From: Nitrospiraceae bacterium
Lineage (GTDB): Bacteria > Nitrospirota > Nitrospiria > Nitrospirales > Nitrospiraceae
Direction: 5' to 3'
DNA: 38,844 bases
Assembly: GCA_041563675.1 (NCBI GenBank)
Contig: JBFGRM010000001.1
Span: 1 to 38,844, forward strand
Positions within the stretch are counted from its first letter, which is position 1, and the number at the start of each line of letters is the position of its first letter. Below the pieces are notes generated by a model, which was not told the DNA's origin, did not search any database, and was given only the letters and a program-made list of their open reading frames with translations. The position numbers were made by a program, and so were the translations under genes. This document shows, one piece after another, positions 8,232 to 16,849 of this stretch.

Positions 8232-9494
8232 ATGAAGAAAGACCAGGTCTTTGAAGAGCAGCAGCAAAATCGCCCTCGGCCGTTCAGTCCGGAACAAGAA
8301 ACCGACGACCCCGAGGCGAGCGATCTGATTGAACTGATTGAACGCGACTCCCGTCGTGAAGTCACGCGCAAGCGCGCAGCTTCAGCCAAGACCAAGACCG
8401 CCCAGGCTCAAGAGGGCGCGATTCCCCTTGAGCTCCTCTACTTCCGGTCGTTCGGTGAACGGCCGCTTCTCACGAAGACCGAGGAGGTCGACCTTGCGAA
8501 GAAAGTCGACATCGGAACCCGCGGCATTCGAAAGACGCTGCAGGCAGCCGTGGGGTTGGCAAGTCGGATGCGCAAGACCGAAAAGCTGGAAGAAGAGATC
8601 GCGGTTCTAGATGAGGTGCGCGCCCTGAGCGGATTGTCCGCAACCGCTTTGAATCGCGCAGAGGCGAGCCTCGCTGCCCTTGCGAAGGAAGCACGGGGCA
8701 CGTCCCGCATCGCCGCCTCCCGGGTGAGGCAGTTTCGGCAAGCGCTGCGGGAAGCTCAGATCCACCGGCGCACCCTCGAGGAGGGCAAGGACGAGCTGAT
8801 CCGGCGAAATCTGCGGCTCGTCGTGGACATCGCCAAACGGTATCACGGACGCGGGCTTGGCCTGCTGGACTTGGTGCAGGAGGGCAACATCGGTCTGATG
8901 AAGGCGGCGGAGCGCTACCAGTACCGCAAGGGGTTCAAGTTCAGCACCTATGCGACGTGGTGGGTTCGCCAGGGCATCACCCGTGCGCTCGCGGATCAGT
9001 CTCGCACGATCCGAATCCCCGTGCACCTGACCGAGGCCTCACACCGCATCACCAGGACCTCACGCCGGCTCGTGCAGCAACTCGGCCATGTGCCCCGCAC
9101 CGAGGAAGTTGCCAAGGCGTTGCGCGTTCGTCCGGAGAAAATCTACGAGACCGTCCAGGCGTTTCAGGAGCCGGTTTCGATGGAAAATCCCGTGGGGGAT
9201 GGGGACACGTCGCTTGGCGAGCTGATCCCCGACCGCGGCGCGGTGCCCCCGGATTCTCATGTCCACCGAAGTGAGCGGGACCGCGAGGTCGATCGCATTC
9301 TTTCCTCTCTCACGCCTCGTGAGCAGTTGGTCATCCGTTTGCGATTCGGTATCGGACAGGATGAACCGAGAACGCTGGAGCAGGTTGGTCAAAGCCTTTC
9401 GGTGACGAGGGAGCGCATTCGGCAGATCGAGGCCAAGGCTCTGAAGAAGCTGAAGACCGTCGAGGTGCAGCGCATCTTCACCGGGATCATGTGA
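8232..9494 (+). CDS. rpoD: RNA polymerase sigma-70 family factor (RpoD/group 1-2 like)
   Basis: Region 2 is RLVVDIAKRYHGRGLGLLDLVQEGNIGLMKAAERY...FSTYATWWVRQGITRAL. Then come RTIRIPVH and region 4.2, TLEQVGQSLSVTRERIRQIEAKALKKLK. ATG 8232 is preceded by aGGcGAGG. Whether it is the housekeeping sigma or a group-2 paralog cannot be decided here. Confidence 0.9.
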   Translation: MKKDQVFEEQQQNRPRPFSPEQETDDPEASDLIELIERDSRREVTRKRAASAKTKTAQAQEGAIPLELLYFRSFGERPLLTKTEEVDLAKKVDIGTRGIRKTLQAAVGLASRMRKTEKLEEEIAVLDEVRALSGLSATALNRAEASLAALAKEARGTSRIAASRVRQFRQALREAQIHRRTLEEGKDELIRRNLRLVVDIAKRYHGRGLGLLDLVQEGNIGLMKAAERYQYRKGFKFSTYATWWVRQGITRALADQSRTIRIPVHLTEASHRITRTSRRLVQQLGHVPRTEEVAKALRVRPEKIYETVQAFQEPVSMENPVGDGDTSLGELIPDRGAVPPDSHVHRSERDREVDRILSSLTPREQLVIRLRFGIGQDEPRTLEQVGQSLSVTRERIRQIEAKALKKLKTVEVQRIFTGIM

Positions 9495-9511
9495 CCCGGC
9501 CCTTCCCTGTG

Positions 9512-9544
9512 AAACGGGCGGAGTCAACGCTCCGCCCGTTTTAA
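9512..9544 (+). terminator. Rho-independent terminator after the sigma factor gene
   Basis: AAACGGGCGGAG-tcaacg-CTCCGCCCGTTT followed by T. This is a 12-bp perfect stem beginning 18 nt after the stop. Confidence 0.8.
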
Positions 9545-9591
9545 CCAGGTCGTGTCCCCCTGATTTGGGTTCCCCTGTTCTGGCTATGCTC

Positions 9592-10680
9592 ATGAGGGAT
9601 CCGTTCGTGCGCGCGATCAACGTGAGCTCTGGAAGAAGTCTCCTGCGATCTCGATCCTGTTGCGCCGCGCTTGCGAGTTGCCTGGCCCTGCTAATCGGCA
9701 TGAGCCCCGCCCCCGTCTTCTCCGCTGGTGGACGCCAGGCGACCGAGCGGGCAGCCATTCCCGACGTCGTGGCGGCGTTGCAGCCTTCCGTCGTCACGAT
9801 TTTGACCAGGGGCATTCCCCCTCATCCCTTCCAACATCCCTCTCCCCCAGGCTCCGGATCTGGCATCGTCCTGGACGCGCAAGGACACATCCTCACGAAC
9901 AACCACCTCGTCTCGGGCAGCAAGAATGTCGTGATCGGTCTGTCAGAGGGAAGACTCACACCGGGCCGGGTCGTGGCTCGTGATTTTCTTCTGGACCTCG
10001 CCGTGGTCAAGATCAACGCAGTCGATCTGGTTCCTGCACGGTTGGGATACTCCTCAAAATTGCAGATCGGGGAGACCGTCGTCGCGATCGGCAACCCCTT
10101 CGCCTTGAAGGGAGGGTCGACCGTGACCGTGGGGGTCGTGAGCGCGCTGAACCGCGCCATCCTGGCACCGAACGGTGAAACCCTCTACAACTTGATCCAG
10201 ACTGATGCCGCCATCAACCCCGGCAACAGCGGCGGACCCCTTGTCGATCTCTCTGGTCGGGTCGTCGGTCTCAACGTCGCCATCGCTCCCTCTGCACAAG
10301 CCATCAGCTATGCCATCGCGATCGACGATGTTTACCCCAATATCCAATCCATGCTCGTACGCGGGAAGGTCTTGAGACCGGATCTGGGGATGATCGTGCT
10401 GACCGTCACCCCGAGCGTGGTGGACAGTTTCGATCTCGATGTCGAGCGAGGCGTGGTGGTCGCGCAGGTTCAGCCGGACACGGTCGCCGCCGTTTCGGGC
10501 CTCCGGGTCGGGGACGTGATCACCGCTGTGGACAACCAGCAGATCCACAACCTTGGTGACTTCTGGCACAACTATCTGCAGCCCGCTGATCAACGCCCAG
10601 CACAGTTGGCGATCTATGGCGAGAAGGGACAGGCGGTGGTGTCCTTGCCTCGCCAGCCGCGGCCGGCCGTGAGGCGATAA
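9592..10680 (+). CDS. HtrA/DegP-family trypsin-like serine protease with one PDZ domain
   Basis: The catalytic triad context is TNNHLV, DLAVVKI and GNSGGPLVD. The C-terminal PDZ is GVVVAQVQPDTVAAVSGLRVGDVITAVD. An N-terminal signal-like segment is present. Start is ambiguous between TTG 9565, ATG 9586 and ATG 9592. Confidence 0.88.
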   Translation: MRDPFVRAINVSSGRSLLRSRSCCAALASCLALLIGMSPAPVFSAGGRQATERAAIPDVVAALQPSVVTILTRGIPPHPFQHPSPPGSGSGIVLDAQGHILTNNHLVSGSKNVVIGLSEGRLTPGRVVARDFLLDLAVVKINAVDLVPARLGYSSKLQIGETVVAIGNPFALKGGSTVTVGVVSALNRAILAPNGETLYNLIQTDAAINPGNSGGPLVDLSGRVVGLNVAIAPSAQAISYAIAIDDVYPNIQSMLVRGKVLRPDLGMIVLTVTPSVVDSFDLDVERGVVVAQVQPDTVAAVSGLRVGDVITAVDNQQIHNLGDFWHNYLQPADQRPAQLAIYGEKGQAVVSLPRQPRPAVRR

Positions 10681-10690
10681 GCGGCACAGA

Positions 10691-10719
10691 TTGCTGGGCG
10701 GCCGGGACTGTGGTAGCAT
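10691..10719 (+). promoter_or_regulatory. Candidate promoter TTGCTG-N17-TAGCAT with a TGn extended -10, upstream of lipB
   Basis: The sequence is agaTTGCTGggcggccgggacTGtggTAGCATtttt. It overlaps the GTG 10710 start used by the ORF track, which argues for ATG 10821 as the real lipB start. Confidence 0.35.
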
Positions 10720-10820
10720 TTTTCTACAGGCGTCGCGTGCCAGTTTTCGAACGCAGCGCCCACCGCGATGAAGACGACATCTACTCCCACCCAACCGCTC
10801 TGCCCCTGCGAGTGTCGACG

Positions 10821-11588
10821 ATGCCACGTTCAGCAGCCTTGATCGAGTACGATCAACTGGACTACGGAACAGCCTGGCCGATGCAACACCGCGTGGTTCA
10901 CGAGCGCGCACGGGATGCATGGCCCGATACGCTGTTTCTCCTCGAGCACGACCCGGTGTACACCGTCGGACGCTCGGGTCAGGTCGCGCAGCAGGACCAC
11001 TTCGTCGTCCCACCGCCATTCGATCGGATTCCGTGCCACCGCGTCGAACGCGGCGGTTCTGTGACCTATCACGGTCCGGGGCAAATCGTCGGATACCCCA
11101 TCCTGCGCTTGCGCGACTTTTGCGCCGGTCCCAAGGCCTATATGAGAATGCTGGAGGAGGTCATCACGCGGGTCCTCGGCGAATGGGGCATCACCGCACA
11201 TCATGTCGACAAGTTTCCGGGGGTCTGGGTGGGTCGCAACCCGTCGGAAAAAATCGCCGCCATGGGCGTGCGCATTTCCGAGGGCGTGACAATGCACGGC
11301 TTCGCCCTCAATGTCACCATGGACCTCGCCCCCTTCCATGCGATCGTCCCCTGTGGGATCCCCGGGTGCCGGGCCACGTCCATGGCCGCTGTCCTGGGGC
11401 AGCCTGTCCCGGTCGCCGAAGTACGGCGGAGTCTGGCGGCTCGATTCAGCGACGTGTTCGGTCTCGAGTGGATGCAGGATTTTGATCGCGACCCCCTCCA
11501 GCTGCCGCCGCCCGGCGGTCGATCGTCGGGCAAGGTGGAACGAGGGGACGCTCACCACCAAGAGGATCCCGTGACCGCCTCCGCGTGA
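10821..11588 (+). CDS. lipB: Octanoyltransferase (lipoyl(octanoyl) transferase)
   Basis: Motifs are LLEHDPVYTVG, VERGGSVTYHGPGQIVGYPIL, KIAAMGVRIS and HGFALNV. Confidence 0.9.
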   Translation: MPRSAALIEYDQLDYGTAWPMQHRVVHERARDAWPDTLFLLEHDPVYTVGRSGQVAQQDHFVVPPPFDRIPCHRVERGGSVTYHGPGQIVGYPILRLRDFCAGPKAYMRMLEEVITRVLGEWGITAHHVDKFPGVWVGRNPSEKIAAMGVRISEGVTMHGFALNVTMDLAPFHAIVPCGIPGCRATSMAAVLGQPVPVAEVRRSLAARFSDVFGLEWMQDFDRDPLQLPPPGGRSSGKVERGDAHHQEDPVTASA

Positions 11589-11616
11589 GCGGAGGGCGGG
11601 ACGGAACATCAACATC

Positions 11617-12879
11617 ATGGGGAACGAACTGGATACGCCGACATTCCGTCTCGCGGTCGCGCAGTTCGATCAGGCCGCTGAGCAAATGAACCTCGACACG
11701 GACCTGCGCGAGCGCCTGAAGATGCCCGAGCGCTCGCTGATGGTCAGCCTCCCGGTCCGGATGGACAGCGGCGACGTCAAGGTGTTTACCGGATATCGCG
11801 TCCAGCACGACTCGGCCCGCGGCCCCTCGAAAGGCGGCATCCGCTACCACCCCGACGTGAATCTCGGAGAAGTCGCCGCACTTGCGATGTGGATGACCTG
11901 GAAATGTGCGCTCGCAGGGCTCCCCTACGGCGGGGCCAAGGGCGGCGTGCGTGTGGCGCCGGAGAAGTTGTCGACACATGAATTGCAGCGCCTGACCCGC
12001 CGCTACGCGTCAGAGATCTTTCCGATCATCGGGCCGGATAAGGACGTGCCCGCCCCCGACGTGGGGACCAACGCCCAGGTGATGGCGTGGATCATGGACA
12101 CCTACAGCATGCAGGTCGGCTACGCCGTGCCGGGGGTGGTCACGGGGAAACCGCTGTCCATCGGAGGCAGCCTCGGTCGCGAAGACGCAACCGGACGCGG
12201 TGTGGTGTACGTGACACTCGAGGCCATGCGGCACCTCAACATGGACATCGGAAAGGCCACGGTCGCGATACAGGGGTTCGGCAACGTGGGGTCCCACACG
12301 GCCCTGATTATGAAAGAAGCGGGCGCACGTATCATCGCCGTCAGCGACCACACGGGAGGGCTCTACGACGAAAAGGGGCTGGATGTCCACGAGCTTGTCC
12401 GACGCTATCGCACCGACGGCCATACCAGCCTCAAAACCCTGAAGATGGGGGACTGGATTACCAACGACGAGTTGCTGACCCTCGATTGCACGGTGTTGGT
12501 ACCAGCCGCCCTTTCCGAGCAGATCACGGAGAAGAACGCGGACCGAGTCCGCTGCCATATTCTCGCAGAGGGCGCGAACGGGCCGACGACCCTCGAGGCC
12601 GACCGGATATTGCTGGACAAGAACGTGTTCATCATTCCGGACATCCTGGCCAATTCGGGCGGCGTGATTGTCTCGTACCTCGAGTGGGTCCAGGACGTCC
12701 AGCGGTTTTTCTGGAACGCCTCCGACATCCAGGAGCGATTGCGCGAGATCATCCAGGCGGCCTTCCAGCGTACACTCGAGTTCGCGATGGCGAAGAAAGC
12801 TCCGATGCGCACAGCCGCGCTCATGAGCGGGATCGAAAAGGTCGCGCAGGCCCATTGGGCGCGGGGCCTCTACCCGTGA
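11617..12879 (+). CDS. gdhA: Glutamate dehydrogenase (Glu/Leu/Phe/Val dehydrogenase family)
   Basis: Motifs are GPSKGGIRYHP, the catalytic-Lys region WKCALAGLPYGGAKGG, the Rossmann motif IQGFGNVGSH, and EGANGPTT. Confidence 0.93.
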   Translation: MGNELDTPTFRLAVAQFDQAAEQMNLDTDLRERLKMPERSLMVSLPVRMDSGDVKVFTGYRVQHDSARGPSKGGIRYHPDVNLGEVAALAMWMTWKCALAGLPYGGAKGGVRVAPEKLSTHELQRLTRRYASEIFPIIGPDKDVPAPDVGTNAQVMAWIMDTYSMQVGYAVPGVVTGKPLSIGGSLGREDATGRGVVYVTLEAMRHLNMDIGKATVAIQGFGNVGSHTALIMKEAGARIIAVSDHTGGLYDEKGLDVHELVRRYRTDGHTSLKTLKMGDWITNDELLTLDCTVLVPAALSEQITEKNADRVRCHILAEGANGPTTLEADRILLDKNVFIIPDILANSGGVIVSYLEWVQDVQRFFWNASDIQERLREIIQAAFQRTLEFAMAKKAPMRTAALMSGIEKVAQAHWARGLYP

Positions 12880-12955
12880 AACCGTGCCCCGTGCCTGCCC
12901 GCCTTCGCAGAAGGCTTCGGCGGGCACGCGGGGGCCACCTGTCACTTCCTTCGGG

Positions 12956-13345
12956 ATGAAGTATTTCCTGGCGATCCTCGCCGTGATCTGGCTGGCAGAT
13001 GGAGTGGCGCTCGTGATTGCGCCGCGAACGGTCGTCACCCTCTTGCGGGAGGGGCTGACCACCTCACCCTGGCTGCTTCGCTGGGAAGCCGTGGCGGCGG
13101 CCCTGGGGGCGGCTTTGCTGGTGGCGTCGCCCGGGCTCTGGCTCGGGGTGCTCTGGGGGTTGACCGGCGCGGTCATGATTCTGAAGGGACTGTTTCTCGC
13201 CGTGGGCCCCCCGGCGCTGCGTCAACGCGTGCTCGAATGGTGGCTCAATCGGGACGAGGTGGATTACCGATTATGGGGCATTGGGTTGTGCACATTGGCC
13301 GCGCTAATGTTTCGCGCCCTTGCTGGAATGCCGGTGAGAGATTGA
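12956..13345 (+). CDS. Small polytopic membrane protein, paralog 1
   Basis: Four hydrophobic segments, with motifs IWLADGVALVIAP and ILKGLFLAVGPPALRQRVLEWW. ATG 12956 is chosen because the upstream ORF-track extension is Pro/Arg-rich and unlike the paralog. Confidence 0.6.
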   Translation: MKYFLAILAVIWLADGVALVIAPRTVVTLLREGLTTSPWLLRWEAVAAALGAALLVASPGLWLGVLWGLTGAVMILKGLFLAVGPPALRQRVLEWWLNRDEVDYRLWGIGLCTLAALMFRALAGMPVRD

Positions 13346-13346
13346 C

Positions 13347-13736
13347 ATGGCTGTCGTGGGAATGCTTGCCCTCATTGGCTTGATCTGGTTCGCAGCCGGG
13401 CTTGCCCTGATCGCAGCCCCGACGTGGTGGAGCGCCCTCATGGCGCGAACGCTTTCGTCTCCGAGTCGGCGCTTTTCCCTCACACACGCCATGATGCTCA
13501 TCGGGCTCATACTGGTCATCGGAACGTCCTCGTTGCAGACGGTGTGGTTATGGACCAGTCTTGGTGTGATCGCGGTGCTCAAAGGCATGTTCTTTCTGGG
13601 CGCGCCGGAAGCGCTTCGGGTCAGGGTCTTGGAGTGGTGGTCGCGGACACCCACATGGGCACATCGCGTCGCGGGACTCTGCATGGTCGGACTGGCGGTC
13701 CTGCTCACCATCGAGACCGTCAGGATCGTGGCGTGA
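13347..13736 (+). CDS. Small polytopic membrane protein, paralog 2
   Basis: It starts 1 nt after the paralog 1 stop, with a GAGAG ribosome-binding site. Same architecture and motifs (IWFAAGLALIAAP, VLKGMFFLGAPEALRVRVLEWW). Confidence 0.65.
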   Translation: MAVVGMLALIGLIWFAAGLALIAAPTWWSALMARTLSSPSRRFSLTHAMMLIGLILVIGTSSLQTVWLWTSLGVIAVLKGMFFLGAPEALRVRVLEWWSRTPTWAHRVAGLCMVGLAVLLTIETVRIVA

Positions 13737-13778
13737 ACGCGAGGGCCACGGACCCGGTCACGATCGGAGAATTGCGGT

Positions 13779-14066
13779 ATGGATGACCTCACGTCCATCT
13801 GGGAGACCCACAGGGACGCAGGGTGGCCGCACTTCTCGAGCCCGCACGAAGGCGAGCTCATGACCCTCGACACGGTTATCAGCGGGTGTGTCGTCTACTA
13901 TATGGAGCACCGGGAAGGATTGGACGTGCAGCGGGTTGAAATACTGGAAAGCTGCCTGTCGGACCTCGAGGCCCTCTTACCGGACCTGGTCGATCAGGAT
14001 TCCCGAGTCTATTTCGATCGACTCAAGGTCCTTGGGCACCTCCTGCTCAAGCCAGGGGCCGGGTGA
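13779..14066 (+). CDS. Hypothetical 95-aa cytoplasmic protein
   Basis: GGAGA lies 7 nt upstream of the ATG. Third positions are coding-like. No motif recognised. Confidence 0.5.
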   Translation: MDDLTSIWETHRDAGWPHFSSPHEGELMTLDTVISGCVVYYMEHREGLDVQRVEILESCLSDLEALLPDLVDQDSRVYFDRLKVLGHLLLKPGAG

Positions 14067-14115
14067 GCCGTGCGACAAACCCCGCGTCCATGGCCCTCCA
14101 TCCACTCCACTTGCC

Positions 14116-14144
14116 TTGCAACTTTCCAGACAGCCCGCTAGAAT
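14116..14144 (+). promoter_or_regulatory. Near-consensus promoter TTGCAA-N17-TAGAAT
   Basis: The sequence is cTTGCAActttccagacagcccgcTAGAATacc. It is followed by a ~45-nt leader and a strong ribosome-binding site, AAGGAGG (14183-14189), 5 nt before ATG 14195. Confidence 0.6.
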
Positions 14145-14194
14145 ACCTACCATTATATGCGCGCCCCTGAGCAGTTCAGTAGAAGGAGGCTTCG

Positions 14195-14722
14195 ATGAAT
14201 ATTGGGAAATGGGCATTCATTGTCTTGCAGATTCCGGGCCTCGTGCTCGTCAGCTATCTTGCCCAGGCTGAATCCTACGAGTTGACGCGAAACGACGTGA
14301 TGGATCCGAAGGCGTTCTCGAGCAAGGACATCTCCTTGTTTGGTGTGAAGCTGGGGGACCCTGAAAACAAGGCTGTGGACATCCTCGTCAATGAGAAGAT
14401 TCCTGGTGTGAAAACGGAGGTCGAAGGCACGTTTCTTCTCTTACTGGATCAGCGGAAGCCGACGGGCCCCATGGCGGGCGTCCGAGTCATGGACGGACGA
14501 GTTGATCTTATCTTCATCAACAACCGCTTTGCCTATAAGACCAGGGGGGTCTTCCGAGCGGTCCTGAACAGCGAGAATGTCGACGACATCAAGCGGTTTC
14601 TCGGGGAACCCGACTTCTGCGACGTCAATGTCATGGGGGCCGCGTGTTCCTATGACAATGAGGGATATCTCGTCAACTATCTCGGGAAGGATATCAACGT
14701 CGAGTTCACCTATCCCCAATGA
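14195..14722 (+). CDS. Secreted hypothetical protein (175 aa) with an N-terminal signal peptide
   Basis: The signal peptide is MNIGKWAFIVLQIPGLVLVSYLAQA-ES. It has a strong promoter and ribosome-binding site. Codon third positions are visibly more A/T-rich than in neighbouring genes. No family recognised. Confidence 0.75.
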   Translation: MNIGKWAFIVLQIPGLVLVSYLAQAESYELTRNDVMDPKAFSSKDISLFGVKLGDPENKAVDILVNEKIPGVKTEVEGTFLLLLDQRKPTGPMAGVRVMDGRVDLIFINNRFAYKTRGVFRAVLNSENVDDIKRFLGEPDFCDVNVMGAACSYDNEGYLVNYLGKDINVEFTYPQ

Positions 14723-14850
14723 TGGCCCCGCTGGTGGCCATTCCCTCCCCGGACCTCTCAATCCGATAAGACGTCTCACGTCACACGCCCCCGGAGCTGC
14801 CGGCGTTCGAATCTCTTTCGATTCCGACGGCGGACACCTCTTGGGCGCGA

Positions 14851-14868
14851 GAGGCGGGAGTCCGCCTC
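14851..14868. terminator. GC hairpin between convergent genes (possible bidirectional terminator)
   Basis: GAGGCGG-gagt-CCGCCTC forms a 7-bp stem. There is no U-tract on either strand. Confidence 0.25.
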
Positions 14869-14932
14869 CGACGCCACTTGCACGCTGGATTGTCGACCGG
14901 AAGTGAAGGCTGGAGAACCCAGGCTGCGGAAT

Positions 14933-15121
14933 TCAGAGCGTCAAGGTCTCACGAACTTTGAGACCCCGCACGCCGCTGTCGATCACCTTGTGGAAGAACC
15001 GAAGGAGGTCCGCCAGGTCGAGCCAGAAACCGCAGTTCAGGCAGCGCGCGTAAATCCGACGATTCACCATCGTGTAATGGCGCTCGACCATCATGAACCC
15101 TTTGCATTTCAGACAATGCAT
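14933..15121 (-). CDS. Small zinc-ribbon protein (62 aa)
   Basis: The sequence MHCLKCKGFMMVERHYTMVNRRIYARCLNCGF carries CxxC-N20-CxxC. AGGTGA lies 8 nt upstream of ATG 15121. The longer ORF-track start has no ribosome-binding site. Confidence 0.5.
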   Translation of the reverse strand: MHCLKCKGFMMVERHYTMVNRRIYARCLNCGFWLDLADLLRFFHKVIDSGVRGLKVRETLTL

Positions 15122-15233
15122 ATGACTTGTCACCTGCCGTTGCCTCTCGCACAGTCTCACTGTGGCCTACGAACCCGCCTGCCACCCGTGCACCCATTGG
15201 CCCCCGAGTCGCCCGCTACCTCGAGCCCAATAT

Positions 15234-15434
15234 TTACCGAATCCGGTTCATGACCAACGCGATACAGCCCGCCATCAAGCCTCCGCCGGCGATCGTGATC
15301 GCGAAGGTGAAGAAAGGGTTGCCCCCGTCAGCCGGCGTGCCCCCATAGAGGAGATCACGAACCCCGCCCTGCACCATGAGCACGGACAGGGTCATGAGAC
15401 AGCCCATAGTGAACCACCAGAAAAAGACTCTCAA
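15234..15434 (-). CDS. Possible small two-TM membrane protein (66 aa)
   Basis: Two hydrophobic segments are separated by a Gly-rich loop. It has only a TTG start and no clear ribosome-binding site, so it could be spurious. Confidence 0.3.
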   Translation of the reverse strand: MRVFFWWFTMGCLMTLSVLMVQGGVRDLLYGGTPADGGNPFFTFAITIAGGGLMAGCIALVMNRIR

Positions 15435-15586
15435 AAGCCCCCGCGCCCCTTGTCCGCGCCCTCTCTATCTCACCGTGCAGCGCTCGTGAGCCGTCTCCGA
15501 AGACTCTAGCGTGTCGCCAAAAAGCTGTCAAGGAGCAACGAGCTTCCTTATCGCGCATTCGCGGCAAGCACAACGATGGCACATGG

Positions 15587-16783
15587 TCAGGAAGGAGGCA
15601 GGGTCGCGCTCGCATCGAGACCACGGAGGCCGCGATGCAGGAAGACGGAGACGCTGCCCCCGCCATTGTTGGCGACGACGAGCCCAGGCTCCTCATCCCG
15701 ATTCTTAGTGGTGAGCTGCAGGGAAGCGATGGCGAAGGGTCCACCCTTCGTTCGGTAATTCATCGGGGGATAGCGAAACGTTCCGTCGCCCTTCCCGTAC
15801 AGGATCGACAGGTCGTTCGACTGAATGTTGACGATGGCGACGTCCGTCACGTGGTCGCCGTTGAAATCTTGGGCCAGCCCGTAGACCGGTCCTGCGTTGG
15901 CCCCGGCATCTTTTCCGTCCCTGAACGTGCCGTCGCCGTTCCCCAGGAAGACCGTAAAGGTGTCTTTTTCCCCATTCACGACGAGAAGATCGGCCATACC
16001 GTCCCTGTTGAAGTCTGCGAAGGTGACCCGCAGCGGCCGCTTACCGGTCCGGTAGTCGCGGGGGGACTCAAAAGTCCCGTCGCCCTTGCCGAGCCAGATC
16101 GACACGGCGCTGCTCATCGGGCCGCCGTTCGTCACCGCCAGGTCCAGCTTGCCATCCTTGTTGAGGTCGGTCGCCGCAATCGACGTCGGCGTATCTCCGT
16201 ACTCATACAACGACCCCATGGCAAACGATCCGTCACCATTGCCCAAAAGAATCTGGATCTTGTCGTTGCGAAGAGCCACGAGCAGATCGGCAAAGGTATC
16301 ACCATTTGCATCGCCACCCGCGATCGAGACGGGGGTCCGGTGCATGGAGTAACTGGGGCCGATGCCGAACATTCCCTCCTCGTGTCCATAGAGAATGCTG
16401 ACCTGATTGCTCCCGGCACAGGCCACCGCAATATCCTTGAACCCGTCGCGATTGTAATCATGCACCGTGAGTGATCGAGGCTCCCGACAGGTCGGCAGCG
16501 AGATCTGGGGCTTGAAGGTTCCGTCCCCGTTCCCGAAGAGGAGAGACAGCGTATTATTCCCGATGTTCGTGGTGATGATGTCGGTCGCGCCGTCCTGATT
16601 GAAGTCACCGGTCGAGACCGAGGTGGGATTTTTCCCCACCTCATAGGTGGCGAACAGATACAGCAGGTCTGGCGGATCGTACGGCTCTCGCTGTGAGCAG
16701 CTCGCCAGGACCGACAGGACAATCGTAGCCGTCAGGCCGAGCACCCCACCGGCTCGTATTTTCTGCTTGCTCTCTCCGCTCAT
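15587..16783 (-). CDS. FG-GAP/VCBS-repeat lipoprotein, predicted 7-bladed beta-propeller
   Basis: The lipobox is VLASC, after a basic and hydrophobic leader. There are six clear repeats of D.N.DG..D(4-5)N...(N).(8-10)G.GDGTF and a seventh degenerate one. ATG 16783 is preferred over GTG 16813, which would add an acidic N-terminus. Confidence 0.88.
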   Translation of the reverse strand: MSGESKQKIRAGGVLGLTATIVLSVLASCSQREPYDPPDLLYLFATYEVGKNPTSVSTGDFNQDGATDIITTNIGNNTLSLLFGNGDGTFKPQISLPTCREPRSLTVHDYNRDGFKDIAVACAGSNQVSILYGHEEGMFGIGPSYSMHRTPVSIAGGDANGDTFADLLVALRNDKIQILLGNGDGSFAMGSLYEYGDTPTSIAATDLNKDGKLDLAVTNGGPMSSAVSIWLGKGDGTFESPRDYRTGKRPLRVTFADFNRDGMADLLVVNGEKDTFTVFLGNGDGTFRDGKDAGANAGPVYGLAQDFNGDHVTDVAIVNIQSNDLSILYGKGDGTFRYPPMNYRTKGGPFAIASLQLTTKNRDEEPGLVVANNGGGSVSVFLHRGLRGLDASATLPPS

Positions 16784-16849
16784 ATCGTCTTCTGGCTCTG
16801 CACTCCGATACACCCCGGCAAAGGGGGTTCAAGGCCGAGGCGCGGGCTG

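Noticed and set aside
8033-8395. A 120-aa minus-strand ORF spanning the sigma-factor leader and start
   Set aside because: It runs through the A/T-rich promoter-like tract and overlaps the well-supported sigma-factor N-terminus. It has no ribosome-binding site or motif.
12010-13176. A 388-aa ORF antisense to gdh. Similar long ORFs lie opposite real genes at 3918..4802, 4721..5599, 10054..11019, 25204..26199, 26203..27399, 32614..33804, 33627..34511 and 20773..21525.
   Set aside because: These are typical high-GC artefacts. They are Arg/Pro/Gly/Ala/His-rich and have no recognisable motifs. Each lies fully opposite a gene with unambiguous family signatures.
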